Program-made: the position numbers and the translations under genes
DNA from: a bacterium
GTDB lineage: Bacteria; Fidelibacterota; Fidelibacteria; Fidelibacterales; Fidelibacteraceae
Direction of reading: 5' to 3'
NCBI GenBank assembly: GCA_963676395.1
Contig: OY781066.1
Span: 1,440,001-1,504,000 of the forward strand
DNA: 64,000 bases
Shown here: piece by piece, positions 1 through 8,900 of the stretch
Layout of the letters: every line of letters starts with the position of its first letter
Numbering within the stretch: the stretch's first letter is position 1
The notes under the pieces: model-generated
What the model was told of the DNA's origin: nothing
Database searches by the model: none
The model's input: the letters and a program-made list of their open reading frames with translations, nothing else

Positions 1-2
1 TT

Positions 3-272
3 TATAATTGTAAAACAGCCCAGTTCAAAGAAGACTACGGTTGGACAGCTCTTGACTTAGATGCCGGTGTTTATGCTGACGGTCGTGAAGATGCTGATTC
101 GGCTTCAGTTAATGTTATTCCCACACCTTCAGGTGCTGCATTTCAGAATGTTGATGCAGTGATCGCTGATGACTTCTTTGAAGCGGCTACTTTTAAAGGT
201 GCTTTTGGTTCAGTCAACTGGTTGGATGGTTGGTCATGGTTATCCGAAAACGATCGTTTGGTCGCTGAATAA
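3..272 (+). CDS. 3' end of a truncated CDS, probably an exported/lipoprotein
   Basis: Frame open from the window edge to TAA at 270-272 (YNCKTAQ...DDFFEAATFKGAFGSVNWLDGWSWLSENDRLVAE). The FFxxxxxxGAFG..NWxxGW ending resembles FCB-group exported proteins. Not in the ORF track because it has no start codon. Confidence 0.75.
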   Translation, partial: YNCKTAQFKEDYGWTALDLDAGVYADGREDADSASVNVIPTPSGAAFQNVDAVIADDFFEAATFKGAFGSVNWLDGWSWLSENDRLVAE

Positions 273-302
273 ATAATTAGACTGTCATAACAGTTTTTCT
301 TG

Positions 303-334
303 AAGAAGCGTTATTCCCACGGCGCTTCTTTTTT
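303..334 (+). terminator. Intrinsic terminator
   Basis: AAGAAGCG...CGCTTCTT stem followed by a T run, just after the truncated CDS. Confidence 0.65.
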
Positions 335-405
335 ATTCTATCAAAAAAACAGCTTTGTCAAATATAATCTAGATAGTATATTCTTTTTTATATTTGGGAA
401 AAATA

Positions 406-2685
406 ATGTCAGTATATTTATTAATGGTCATAGTTCTTTTCTTTCTTGCGATTTCCGGATTGATCGTGGGTGTAACTAATGATGCAGTGAATTTCTTAAA
501 TTCTGCTCGAGGGGCAAAAGCTGCAAAAAATTGGATTATTATGATCATTGCCAGTCTTGGCATATTGATCGGAACCACTTTTTCAAGCGGTATGATGGAG
601 GTGGCAAGAAAGGGTATTTTTCACCCCGAAGAATTTTGCTTTTCTGAAGTAATGATCATATATCTTGCTGTAATGTTAACGAATGTTATTTTGCTGGATG
701 TATACAATACTCTGGCATTACCTACATCAACAACCGTATCTGTGGTATTTTCTTTGTTGGGTGCGGCTTTGGCGGTTTCTTTGGTAAAGATCGGTCGTTC
801 TGCCGATACAGGCTTGTCTCATCTTACTCATTATATTAATTCCGATAAAGCGTTATTGATCATGGCGGGCATCCTGCTCTCGGTGGTAATTGCGTTTACT
901 GTGGGGACCATTGTACAATTTCTTACTCGCTTGTTGTTTACATTTAAATATGAAAAAGGCTTAGCACGATACGGGGCCATTTGGGGTGGTTTTTGTATAG
1001 CGATCATTACATATTTTATTTTGGTCAAAGGAGCTAAGGGCTCTTCATTTATGACCGCAGACGTTAAGCAGTGGATCACAGATAATACGTTGTTGATTTT
1101 AGGACTTTCGTTTATTGGTTGGACAATTATTATTCAACTGTTTAAGTGGCTGTTTAAAGTAAATATTCCAAGAATGATTATTTTGATCGGTACCTTTTCT
1201 TTGGCATTTGCATTTGCCGGTAATGATTTGGTTAATTTTATTGGTGTGCCTCTCGCCGGTTATAAAGCATTTCAAGCATTTTCTGCAGTTCCCGGGGCTG
1301 ACCCACACACCTTTTCAATGGGATTTATGTCCGGAGCCGTCAAAACAGAAACTTATCTGTTATTGATCGCAGGTGCTATTATGATCACGACGTTATGGGT
1401 TTCAAAAAAATCCCGCCATGTTAGTCAAACAGAGTTAAGTATTGCCAGACAAGGAATAGGTGAAGAACGTTTTGCTTCAACAGGAATCTCCCGGATTGTC
1501 GTACACTCTTTAGTTGTGATTAATGAATCTTTTAGGAAAATAACCCCCAATCGAATTCGAGAATTTGTTGGAAAACGATTTACCAGGCCCGAAGAGGTAT
1601 CCGGAAGCGAAGCTCAATCTTTTGATATGATCCGCGCGTCAATGAATCTTACTGTGGCCAGTTGTTTGATCGCACTCGGGACTTCTTTGGAACTGCCATT
1701 ATCTACAACCTATGTAACATTTATGGTTTCAATGGGTACGTCTTTGGCAGATAAGGCCTGGGGAAGAGAAAGTGCTGTATATCGTATGTCAGGCGTGTTT
1801 ACTGTTGTTGGCGGTTGGTTTTTAACGGCAATTATTGCTTTAATTGTTTCAATGCTTTTTGCATTACTTGTTAACTGGGGTGGTATTGTAGCTGCCATAT
1901 TGTTATTTGCTTTTGCTGTTTTTGTTTTGGTTAGAACTTTTTTGAGCCACAGAAAAAGTGAAAAAGAAAAAGAAGAAAAGATTCAAGAAGATGATGACAA
2001 TGATATCTTTAAAAAATGCAATGCACATACGGTTAAAATATTAAAGATCATTCCCGACATTCTTGAAAAGAGTATAAAATCCTGTTATAAAGAAGATCGC
2101 AAACATATTAAGGAATTACACGAAAAGACAAAAGAATTATTATTAGATACAAAAAACAGAAAGAATTGTTTTACCCTTCAATTGCGTAATATAGAAGATG
2201 AATCTCTGGAATTTGGACACTTTTATCTTCAAATGTTACATTACATCCGTGAGTTTTCACACAGTTTGAATTATATTGTAGATGCCAGTTACGAGCATAT
2301 TTACAACAATCATCGTGGGCTTAATAAAGAACAATATGAAGAGTTAGAGGTCCTGTGTGACAGTTTGGAAGATATTTTCAAAGATATTAGAAAAGCGGTT
2401 GAGCAACAAGATTTTGATAAAAAGACAAAGATCAAGCATCGCCAGGAGAAACTGCTGGACAAGATTAGTGATTTTCAAAGTAATCAGGTTAAGCGCATTA
2501 AACATGGAAAAACCAATACCCGTAATTCTATTTTATATATGACAGTTATCTTTGGCATTAGAGATCTATTGATCCATGTTGTGCGTCTATTGAAAGTTCA
2601 AAGTAAGTTTGTTCCGTCTCATACTTTACAAGATAAATACGATGATAAATCGATTGATGCTCAAATCAATCTTAACTTAGAATAA
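406..2685 (+). CDS. Inorganic phosphate transporter (PiT/PHO4 family) with C-terminal PhoU-like helical domain, copy 1
   Basis: PiT signatures GVTNDAVNF and AGNDLVNF, LPTSTT/LPLSTTY, many TM segments and a charged helical C-terminus. ATG 406 preferred over TTG 394 by alignment with copy 2. Confidence 0.9.
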   Translation: MSVYLLMVIVLFFLAISGLIVGVTNDAVNFLNSARGAKAAKNWIIMIIASLGILIGTTFSSGMMEVARKGIFHPEEFCFSEVMIIYLAVMLTNVILLDVYNTLALPTSTTVSVVFSLLGAALAVSLVKIGRSADTGLSHLTHYINSDKALLIMAGILLSVVIAFTVGTIVQFLTRLLFTFKYEKGLARYGAIWGGFCIAIITYFILVKGAKGSSFMTADVKQWITDNTLLILGLSFIGWTIIIQLFKWLFKVNIPRMIILIGTFSLAFAFAGNDLVNFIGVPLAGYKAFQAFSAVPGADPHTFSMGFMSGAVKTETYLLLIAGAIMITTLWVSKKSRHVSQTELSIARQGIGEERFASTGISRIVVHSLVVINESFRKITPNRIREFVGKRFTRPEEVSGSEAQSFDMIRASMNLTVASCLIALGTSLELPLSTTYVTFMVSMGTSLADKAWGRESAVYRMSGVFTVVGGWFLTAIIALIVSMLFALLVNWGGIVAAILLFAFAVFVLVRTFLSHRKSEKEKEEKIQEDDDNDIFKKCNAHTVKILKIIPDILEKSIKSCYKEDRKHIKELHEKTKELLLDTKNRKNCFTLQLRNIEDESLEFGHFYLQMLHYIREFSHSLNYIVDASYEHIYNNHRGLNKEQYEELEVLCDSLEDIFKDIRKAVEQQDFDKKTKIKHRQEKLLDKISDFQSNQVKRIKHGKTNTRNSILYMTVIFGIRDLLIHVVRLLKVQSKFVPSHTLQDKYDDKSIDAQINLNLE

Positions 2686-2953
2686 TATTTCGCTTAAATT
2701 TAATTTAATTAACAGGTTAGCTTAAAGAAATATTTAAATAAAATTATTTGATATTTTTTATTGTTATCAACAATTTCCTTATTATATTCATTTAGTTTAA
2801 TCATGGTTTTTACTATAAAAAGTAAAAGAAAATTTACCTAAATCACATTTGAAAGTACCATGGATCGAAGCTTAGAAAACATACAACAGAGTTGGGAGAA
2901 ACAGAGCTCATCAACCACATCGTTATTGATGTTAAACTGTTGTAATTATTATT

Positions 2954-2979
2954 TGCCGTTACATGTTAACGGCATTTTT
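2954..2979 (+). terminator. Intrinsic terminator between the pit paralogues
   Basis: TGCCGTTA-catgt-TAACGGCA followed by TTTTT. Confidence 0.7.
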
Positions 2980-3054
2980 ATTTGTGAAAGAAATACTGCT
3001 GTGTAGCTGAGACGAGCTTTATTATATTCAATAACATATAGGAGTGTACAAATA

Positions 3055-5280
3055 ATGTCAATCTATCTCGTTATGGTGATCGTGTTGTTCTTTCTTGCCG
3101 CAACTGATCTAATTGTGGGTGTTACGAATGATGCTGTAAATTTCTTGAATTCCGCACGTGGAGCAAGGGCGGCGAAGAATTGGGTGATTATGTTGATTGC
3201 CTCAATCGGTGTATTTATTGGTGCGACCTTCTCTTCCGGAATGATGGAAGTTGCAAGAAAGGGAATTTTTCATCCTCAGGAATTCATGTTTTCGGAGATC
3301 ATGATTATTTATTTAGCGGTAATGTTAACGGATGTTATTCTTTTAGACGCATATAATTCACTGGCTTTACCAACGTCAACCACAGTTTCAATCGTTTTTG
3401 AATTGTTGGGTTCCGCTGTGGCCATTTCCTTACTGAAGATTGGTCGCAATCCAATGGAAACACTTTCTGATTTACCAAAATACATTAACTCGGATAGAGC
3501 TTTATTGATCATATCGGGTATTTTGCTCTCGGTAATTATTGCATTTTCGGTTGGTGCTATTGTTCAATTTTTAACAAGATTGCTATTTACATTTAAATAT
3601 CAAAAGAATCTTGATCGCTTTGGCGCTATTTGGGGTGGATTGTGTATTGCGATCATTACTTTTTTTATTTTGATCAAAGGTGCTAATGGTTCATCATTTA
3701 TGACAGCCGATCTTAAGGCATGGATCAGTGCAAATACATGGTTGATCTTAGGCGCCTCATTTATAGGTTGGACGATCATTATTCAGTTGGCAAAATGGTT
3801 ATTTAAAGTAAATGTACCAAGAATGGTAATTCTTTTCGGTACCTTTGCTTTAGCTTTTGCTTTTGCCGGAAACGATTTGGTGAACTTTATTGGTGTTCCT
3901 TTAGCCGGGTTTAAATCTTTTCAGCTGTTCCAAGCTTCCGGTGCTAGTGATCCTTCGACTTTCTCTATGGTAGCGTTATCGGGAAAAGTCCAGACCGAAA
4001 CATATATGCTGTTGATCGCCGGAGCCATTATGGTTATTACCTTATGGACGTCCAAAAAATCCCGCCACGTTTCTAAAACAGAATTGAATATTGCCAGTAA
4101 AGATGCTACGGATGAACGTTTTGGTTCTACCGGTTTTTCTCGTTCAGTTGTTAGGATGGCTGTAAGTTTTAATCAAGGTATGCGCAAGATTTTTCCCTCA
4201 GCAATGCGCAATAAAGTTAACGAACGTTTTTCTCGTCCGGTTATGAATTCCGAAGCTGAAGCCCAATCTTTTGATATGATACGTGCTTCAATGAATCTAA
4301 CCGTTGCATCGTCTTTGATCGCACTTGGCACCTCATTGGGATTGCCCTTGTCAACTACTTATGTGACTTTCATGGTTTCAATGGGCACCAGTTTGGCCGA
4401 TAGAGCCTGGGGTCGTGAATCTGCGGTTTACCGTATTACCGGTGTGTTTACCGTGATCGGTGGTTGGTTCTTGACGGCGATCATTGCTTTTACTGTTTCT
4501 TTGATCTTTGCTACGCTTCTTGATCTAGGCGGTATTTTCTCGGTGTTGGGTTTGTCGGTATTGGCGATTTTCTTGATCGTGCGCACACTTCTGACTTTTA
4601 GAAAAAAAGAAGTTGCACGCGAAGAAGCACAGAATGAAGAAGAAGGTAATGACATTATGGAGATCTGTAATGCTTACACCAAGAAAATCCTAACGACTAT
4701 TCCTCAGATTTATAGTGATATGATCGAGGCGCTTCATAAAGAAGATCGCAAGACATTGCGTGAGTTAAGAAAGCAAACGGCAGAGCTCTTGGAAAAAACC
4801 AAGAATCGCAAAAATCATTTTACGGTTCGTTTGCGTGATATTGAAGAAGATTCATTGCAGTATGGACATTTTTATTTACAGATGCTTCACTATATACGTG
4901 AATTCGCTCGTTCAATTGATGATATGGTTTCAGCTTGTTCGGTACATATTGAGAATACACACTGCGGTACGAACAATGCTCAGCAAGCTGAATTGATAAA
5001 GCTTTCAGAAGAAATTGAAACAATATATTCAGCGATATCTCGTATGGTAGAGGAACAGAATTTTAATGAAAAAGAGAACATTAAAGCTGAACATGAAGAG
5101 CTTCTGGATATTATTGTTGAATATCAGAAAAATGAAGTTCGACGTGTGAAAAATGAGCAATCACAGACAAGGAACTCGGTTCTTTTTATGTCGGTATTGT
5201 CCGGATCTAAAGATTTAACTGTTGATGTGATCCGTCTTTTGAAAGTTCAAAGTAAATTTACACCGGACCTATCGGACTAG
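3055..5280 (+). CDS. Inorganic phosphate transporter (PiT/PHO4 family) with C-terminal PhoU-like domain, copy 2
   Basis: Same motifs as 406..2685 and colinear with it; AGGAG upstream. Confidence 0.9.
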   Translation: MSIYLVMVIVLFFLAATDLIVGVTNDAVNFLNSARGARAAKNWVIMLIASIGVFIGATFSSGMMEVARKGIFHPQEFMFSEIMIIYLAVMLTDVILLDAYNSLALPTSTTVSIVFELLGSAVAISLLKIGRNPMETLSDLPKYINSDRALLIISGILLSVIIAFSVGAIVQFLTRLLFTFKYQKNLDRFGAIWGGLCIAIITFFILIKGANGSSFMTADLKAWISANTWLILGASFIGWTIIIQLAKWLFKVNVPRMVILFGTFALAFAFAGNDLVNFIGVPLAGFKSFQLFQASGASDPSTFSMVALSGKVQTETYMLLIAGAIMVITLWTSKKSRHVSKTELNIASKDATDERFGSTGFSRSVVRMAVSFNQGMRKIFPSAMRNKVNERFSRPVMNSEAEAQSFDMIRASMNLTVASSLIALGTSLGLPLSTTYVTFMVSMGTSLADRAWGRESAVYRITGVFTVIGGWFLTAIIAFTVSLIFATLLDLGGIFSVLGLSVLAIFLIVRTLLTFRKKEVAREEAQNEEEGNDIMEICNAYTKKILTTIPQIYSDMIEALHKEDRKTLRELRKQTAELLEKTKNRKNHFTVRLRDIEEDSLQYGHFYLQMLHYIREFARSIDDMVSACSVHIENTHCGTNNAQQAELIKLSEEIETIYSAISRMVEEQNFNEKENIKAEHEELLDIIVEYQKNEVRRVKNEQSQTRNSVLFMSVLSGSKDLTVDVIRLLKVQSKFTPDLSD

Positions 5281-5295
5281 GGTTTTCGATTATTC

Positions 5296-5324
5296 TTGTG
5301 TGCAATGGCAGTTATGCTTATAAT
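5296..5324 (+). promoter_or_regulatory. sigma70-type promoter of hppA
   Basis: TTGTGT (5296-5301), 17 bp, TATAAT (5319-5324); AGGAGG before ATG 5368. Confidence 0.6.
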
Positions 5325-5367
5325 TCGCCTTAAATGAATTGACATGTGAAACAAAATAGGAGGAAGC

Positions 5368-7575
5368 ATGTTAGGAGTTCAAAACGCACTATTCTGGATC
5401 GTGCCCGCAACAGCGGTAATCGCATTGGTCTTTGCTTGGGTATTCTTCAAACAAATGATGAAAAATAGCGAAGGCACACCCAGAATGGCAGAAATTGCCG
5501 AGCACGTACGTAAAGGTGCTATGGCATATCTTAAACAACAGTACAAAGTTGTTATCATTGTCTTTATTGTTCTAACTATACTCTTTGCCTTAATGGCATA
5601 TGTATGGAAGGTACAGAACCCTTGGGTTCCTTTTGCCTTCTTGACCGGTGGATTTTTCTCGGGTCTTGCAGGTTTTTTTGGCATGAAAACAGCTACTTAC
5701 GCTTCAGCTCGAACAGCAAATGCTGCTCGCGAATCTTTGAACAAAGGTTTGCAGGTCGCTTTCCGCTCCGGTGCCGTTATGGGATTGGTTGTGGTTGGTT
5801 TGGCATTGCTTGATATCTCCATCTGGTACGTTGTGCTGAACGCATTTGTAGATCCCCATAATACTATGGATGCCGTACATAAAATGGCTATTATCACTAC
5901 AACCATGCTGACTTTCGGTATGGGTGCTTCTACTCAGGCTCTTTTTGCTCGTGTTGGTGGCGGTATCTACACTAAAGCTGCTGACGTCGGCGCCGACCTT
6001 GTTGGTAAAGTTGAAGCCGGTATTCCCGAAGATGATCCTCGTAACCCTGCAACCATTGCTGATAACGTTGGTGACAACGTGGGTGATGTTGCCGGTATGG
6101 GTGCCGATCTTTATGAATCATACGCCGGTTCTATTCTTGCAACAGCCGCCTTGGGTGCTGCTGCATTCATGACTGATCCAGGTAAACAGGTTTCAGCCGT
6201 ATTTGCTCCGATGATCATCGGTGCGGTTGGTACATTGCTTTCCATTATCGGTATCTTTGCTGTGCGTACAAAAGAAAACGCTTCGCAAAAATCACTTCTT
6301 GGTGCTTTGAGTCGCGGTACAAACCTTTCATCAGTTCTCATTATGGTTTTGTCTTTCTTCATTTTGAAGATCCTGAACATTGAAAACTATGTTGGTGTTT
6401 GGTTCTCTATTGTTATCGGTTTGATCACCGGTTGGGCAATTGGTAAAGAAACGGAATACTTTACATCAGAAGCATATAAACCTACTCAAAATATTGCAAA
6501 GCATGCAGAAACAGGTCCTGCCACTGTTATTATTAACGGTATTGGAACCGGTATGCTTTCAACCGCTTTTCCGGTATTGACTATCGTTGTCGGTACCATT
6601 CTTGCCTATCTTACCGCATCAGGGTGGGATTTCGCAAATATGAGTATGGGTCTTTACGGTATCGGTATTGCAGCTGTTGGTATGCTTTCAACACTTGGTA
6701 TTACACTTGCAACCGATGCTTACGGTCCTATCGCCGACAATGCCGGCGGTAATGCCGAAATGTCAGGCTTGGGAGAAGAAGTTCGCAAAAGAACTGACGC
6801 TCTTGATTCACTTGGTAATACAACCGCAGCAACCGGTAAAGGTTTTGCTATCGGTTCGGCAGCGTTAACGGCTCTTGCATTGCTTGCTTCTTACATTGAA
6901 GAAATTAAGATCGGTTTGATCCGTATTGGTGAAACTACGCTAACTATCGGTTCAAGAGTTGTTGAAACTACAACAGCATCTCTTTCGGATTTCATGGCTT
7001 ATTACGATGTGACTCTGATGAACCCCAAGGTTCTTATGGGCATGTTCATCGGTGCTATGATGGCTTTTATGTTCTGTGGTTTGACCATGAATGCTGTTGG
7101 TCGCGCAGCCGGTGCCATGGTTGATGAAGTTCGTCGTCAGTTCCGTGAAATTAAAGGAATTCTTACCGGTGAAACCGAACCCGATTACGCATCATGTGTT
7201 GAGATTTCAACGAAAGGCGCACAGAAAGAAATGCTTGTACCTTCATTACTTGCCATTGTTGCTCCGATCGTTGTTGGTTTGGTCTTTGGTGTTTCCGGAG
7301 TTATGGGTTTATTGACCGGTGGTTTGGCAGCCGGATTTTCATTGGCTATCTTTATGGCTAATGCCGGTGGTTCTTGGGACAATGCTAAAAAATACATTGA
7401 ATCGGGTGCACACGGTGGAAAAGGTTCCGAAGCTCATAAAGCTGCAGTTACCGGTGATACCGTTGGTGATCCTTTTAAAGATACCTCAGGTCCAAGTTTG
7501 AACATTCTTATCAAACTCATGACTATGGTTGCTATCGTAATGGCAGGCTTGACCGCTTCTTGGTCGCTTCTGTAA
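5368..7575 (+). CDS. hppA: Membrane-bound cation-translocating pyrophosphatase, K+-dependent, probably Na+ or Na+/H+
   Basis: [33 protein letters not shown] (Ala marks the K+-dependent type), [10 protein letters not shown]. Confidence 0.96.
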   Translation: MLGVQNALFWIVPATAVIALVFAWVFFKQMMKNSEGTPRMAEIAEHVRKGAMAYLKQQYKVVIIVFIVLTILFALMAYVWKVQNPWVPFAFLTGGFFSGLAGFFGMKTATYASARTANAARESLNKGLQVAFRSGAVMGLVVVGLALLDISIWYVVLNAFVDPHNTMDAVHKMAIITTTMLTFGMGASTQALFARVGGGIYTKAADVGADLVGKVEAGIPEDDPRNPATIADNVGDNVGDVAGMGADLYESYAGSILATAALGAAAFMTDPGKQVSAVFAPMIIGAVGTLLSIIGIFAVRTKENASQKSLLGALSRGTNLSSVLIMVLSFFILKILNIENYVGVWFSIVIGLITGWAIGKETEYFTSEAYKPTQNIAKHAETGPATVIINGIGTGMLSTAFPVLTIVVGTILAYLTASGWDFANMSMGLYGIGIAAVGMLSTLGITLATDAYGPIADNAGGNAEMSGLGEEVRKRTDALDSLGNTTAATGKGFAIGSAALTALALLASYIEEIKIGLIRIGETTLTIGSRVVETTTASLSDFMAYYDVTLMNPKVLMGMFIGAMMAFMFCGLTMNAVGRAAGAMVDEVRRQFREIKGILTGETEPDYASCVEISTKGAQKEMLVPSLLAIVAPIVVGLVFGVSGVMGLLTGGLAAGFSLAIFMANAGGSWDNAKKYIESGAHGGKGSEAHKAAVTGDTVGDPFKDTSGPSLNILIKLMTMVAIVMAGLTASWSLL

Positions 7576-7623
7576 ATCGTGAGATGTAAAATGTAAGTCA
7601 TGAGACGGACATTTGATATAATC

Positions 7624-7657
7624 AAACCCTCTTGGTGTTAAGCTGAGAGGGTTTTTT
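7624..7657 (+). terminator. Intrinsic terminator after hppA
   Basis: AAACCCTCTTGG...CTGAGAGGGTTT stem followed by a T run. Confidence 0.75.
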
Positions 7658-7725
7658 GTTTCTTGTCTCTTGCATTTATATAGGGCTTTAATTAATATCT
7701 CACATCAATAAATAACAGAGGTCCT

Positions 7726-8646
7726 ATGCAAAACAACGACTATATTTCTCGTATTAATAAAGTTATGGATTTTATCGAAGCTAATTATGAAGAGGAATTG
7801 ACACTCGAAAAATTGGCATCTGTAGCGTGTTTTTCCAAGTATCATTTTTCAAGAATATTTCATGCCATGACCGGCGAAAGCTTATTTCAATTTATCTCAC
7901 GAGTTAGACTTGAGAAGTCAGCATCTTTATTGCTAGGGGATCCCAATAAGAGTATTACAGATGTCGCATTTCAATGCGGATTTAGTGATCTGTCGGTTTT
8001 TTCAAGAAACTTTAAGTCGTATTTTAATGTTTCTGCCGCCGAATACAGAAAAAATAAATATAGCAATAATCGTCAAACGCTTAGCAACGAGGGTCAAAAA
8101 AATGAGCGCGTTATTCCTTATTATTGTTCTGAAACGCAACAATTAAAATGGAGGAGTAGCATGAAGCTCAACAAAAGTATTGAAGTGAAAACCTTGCCAG
8201 ATATGACCGTAGCCTATGTCCGCTATGTTGGACCCTATGCCGGAGATGGCGCCCTGTTTGAACGATTATTCGGACAGCTGTTTGGATGGGCCGGTCCAAA
8301 AGGTTTGGCAGGTGGACCGGATGTCAAAACCTTGATTATCTATCACGATAACCCGGAGATCACAGATGATGCTAAATTGAGAACATCAGTGTGTTTAACG
8401 GTTCCCGAAGGCACTAAAGTTGATGGCGAAATTGGAAAAATGAAGCTTGATGGTGGTTTGTATGCCATTGGTCGCTTTAAGGTAAAAACCGATGAGTTCG
8501 GAGAAGCCTGGGATTTAATGTGTGGTAAATGGCTGCCTGAGAGCGGCTATCTGCCGGATGATCGCCCCAGCTTTGAAATGTATCCCGAAGAAATGAAGGA
8601 TGGAGTACATACGGTGGATATTTGTGTGCCGGTCAAAGCTAAATAA
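7726..8646 (+). CDS. AraC-family transcriptional regulator with C-terminal GyrI-like effector-binding domain
   Basis: N-terminal double HTH (FSKYHFSRIF...SITDVAFQCGFSDLSVFSRNFK); C-terminal GyrI-like domain (VAYVRYVGPY, YHDNPEIT, WLPESGY, FEMY). Confidence 0.93.
   Translation: MQNNDYISRINKVMDFIEANYEEELTLEKLASVACFSKYHFSRIFHAMTGESLFQFISRVRLEKSASLLLGDPNKSITDVAFQCGFSDLSVFSRNFKSYFNVSAAEYRKNKYSNNRQTLSNEGQKNERVIPYYCSETQQLKWRSSMKLNKSIEVKTLPDMTVAYVRYVGPYAGDGALFERLFGQLFGWAGPKGLAGGPDVKTLIIYHDNPEITDDAKLRTSVCLTVPEGTKVDGEIGKMKLDGGLYAIGRFKVKTDEFGEAWDLMCGKWLPESGYLPDDRPSFEMYPEEMKDGVHTVDICVPVKAK
8061..8163 (+). promoter_or_regulatory. Putative intragenic AraC-type operator/promoter, RBS and internal start
   Basis: Direct repeats TAGCAATAATCGTCAAA (8061-8077) and TAGCAACGAGGGTCAAA (8082-8098), TATTAT (8119-8124), GGAGG (8150-8154), in-frame ATG 8161. 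Confidence 0.6.
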
Positions 8647-8680
8647 TAATTAAAATTCAATATTGAATGCTTAATGGAAT

Positions 8681-8713
8681 AAAGAGCCCTTGCTGTAAAT
8701 GCGGGGCTCTTTT
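8681..8713 (+). terminator. Intrinsic terminator after the AraC gene
   Basis: AAAGAGCCCT...GGGGCTCTTT stem with T tail. Confidence 0.7.
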
Positions 8714-8900
8714 GGGTTGATCGAATAACGAACATTCGAGTGCTTGTTCTTTAGCAAATCATAAATCATTTTCATTCATTTGCTCACGTAAATTGATTGC
8801 TTTTTTGTTTCTGGGGATTTGTCTCTTGTCTCTTGTTTTCAAAGGCTATATTTATTACATTTTGGTGCTATTATCGAAACTAATTATGAAGGATTTTAAG

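Noticed and set aside
282..299. Possible Pho box (CTGTCAT) upstream of pit copy 1
   Set aside because: Only one half-site matches, it lies upstream of the terminator, and it is also part of a small hairpin.
2860..3006. 48-codon ORF (MDRSLENIQQ...) between the pit genes
   Set aside because: No SD, no recognisable motif, and it runs through the terminator hairpin; an RNA explanation fits better.
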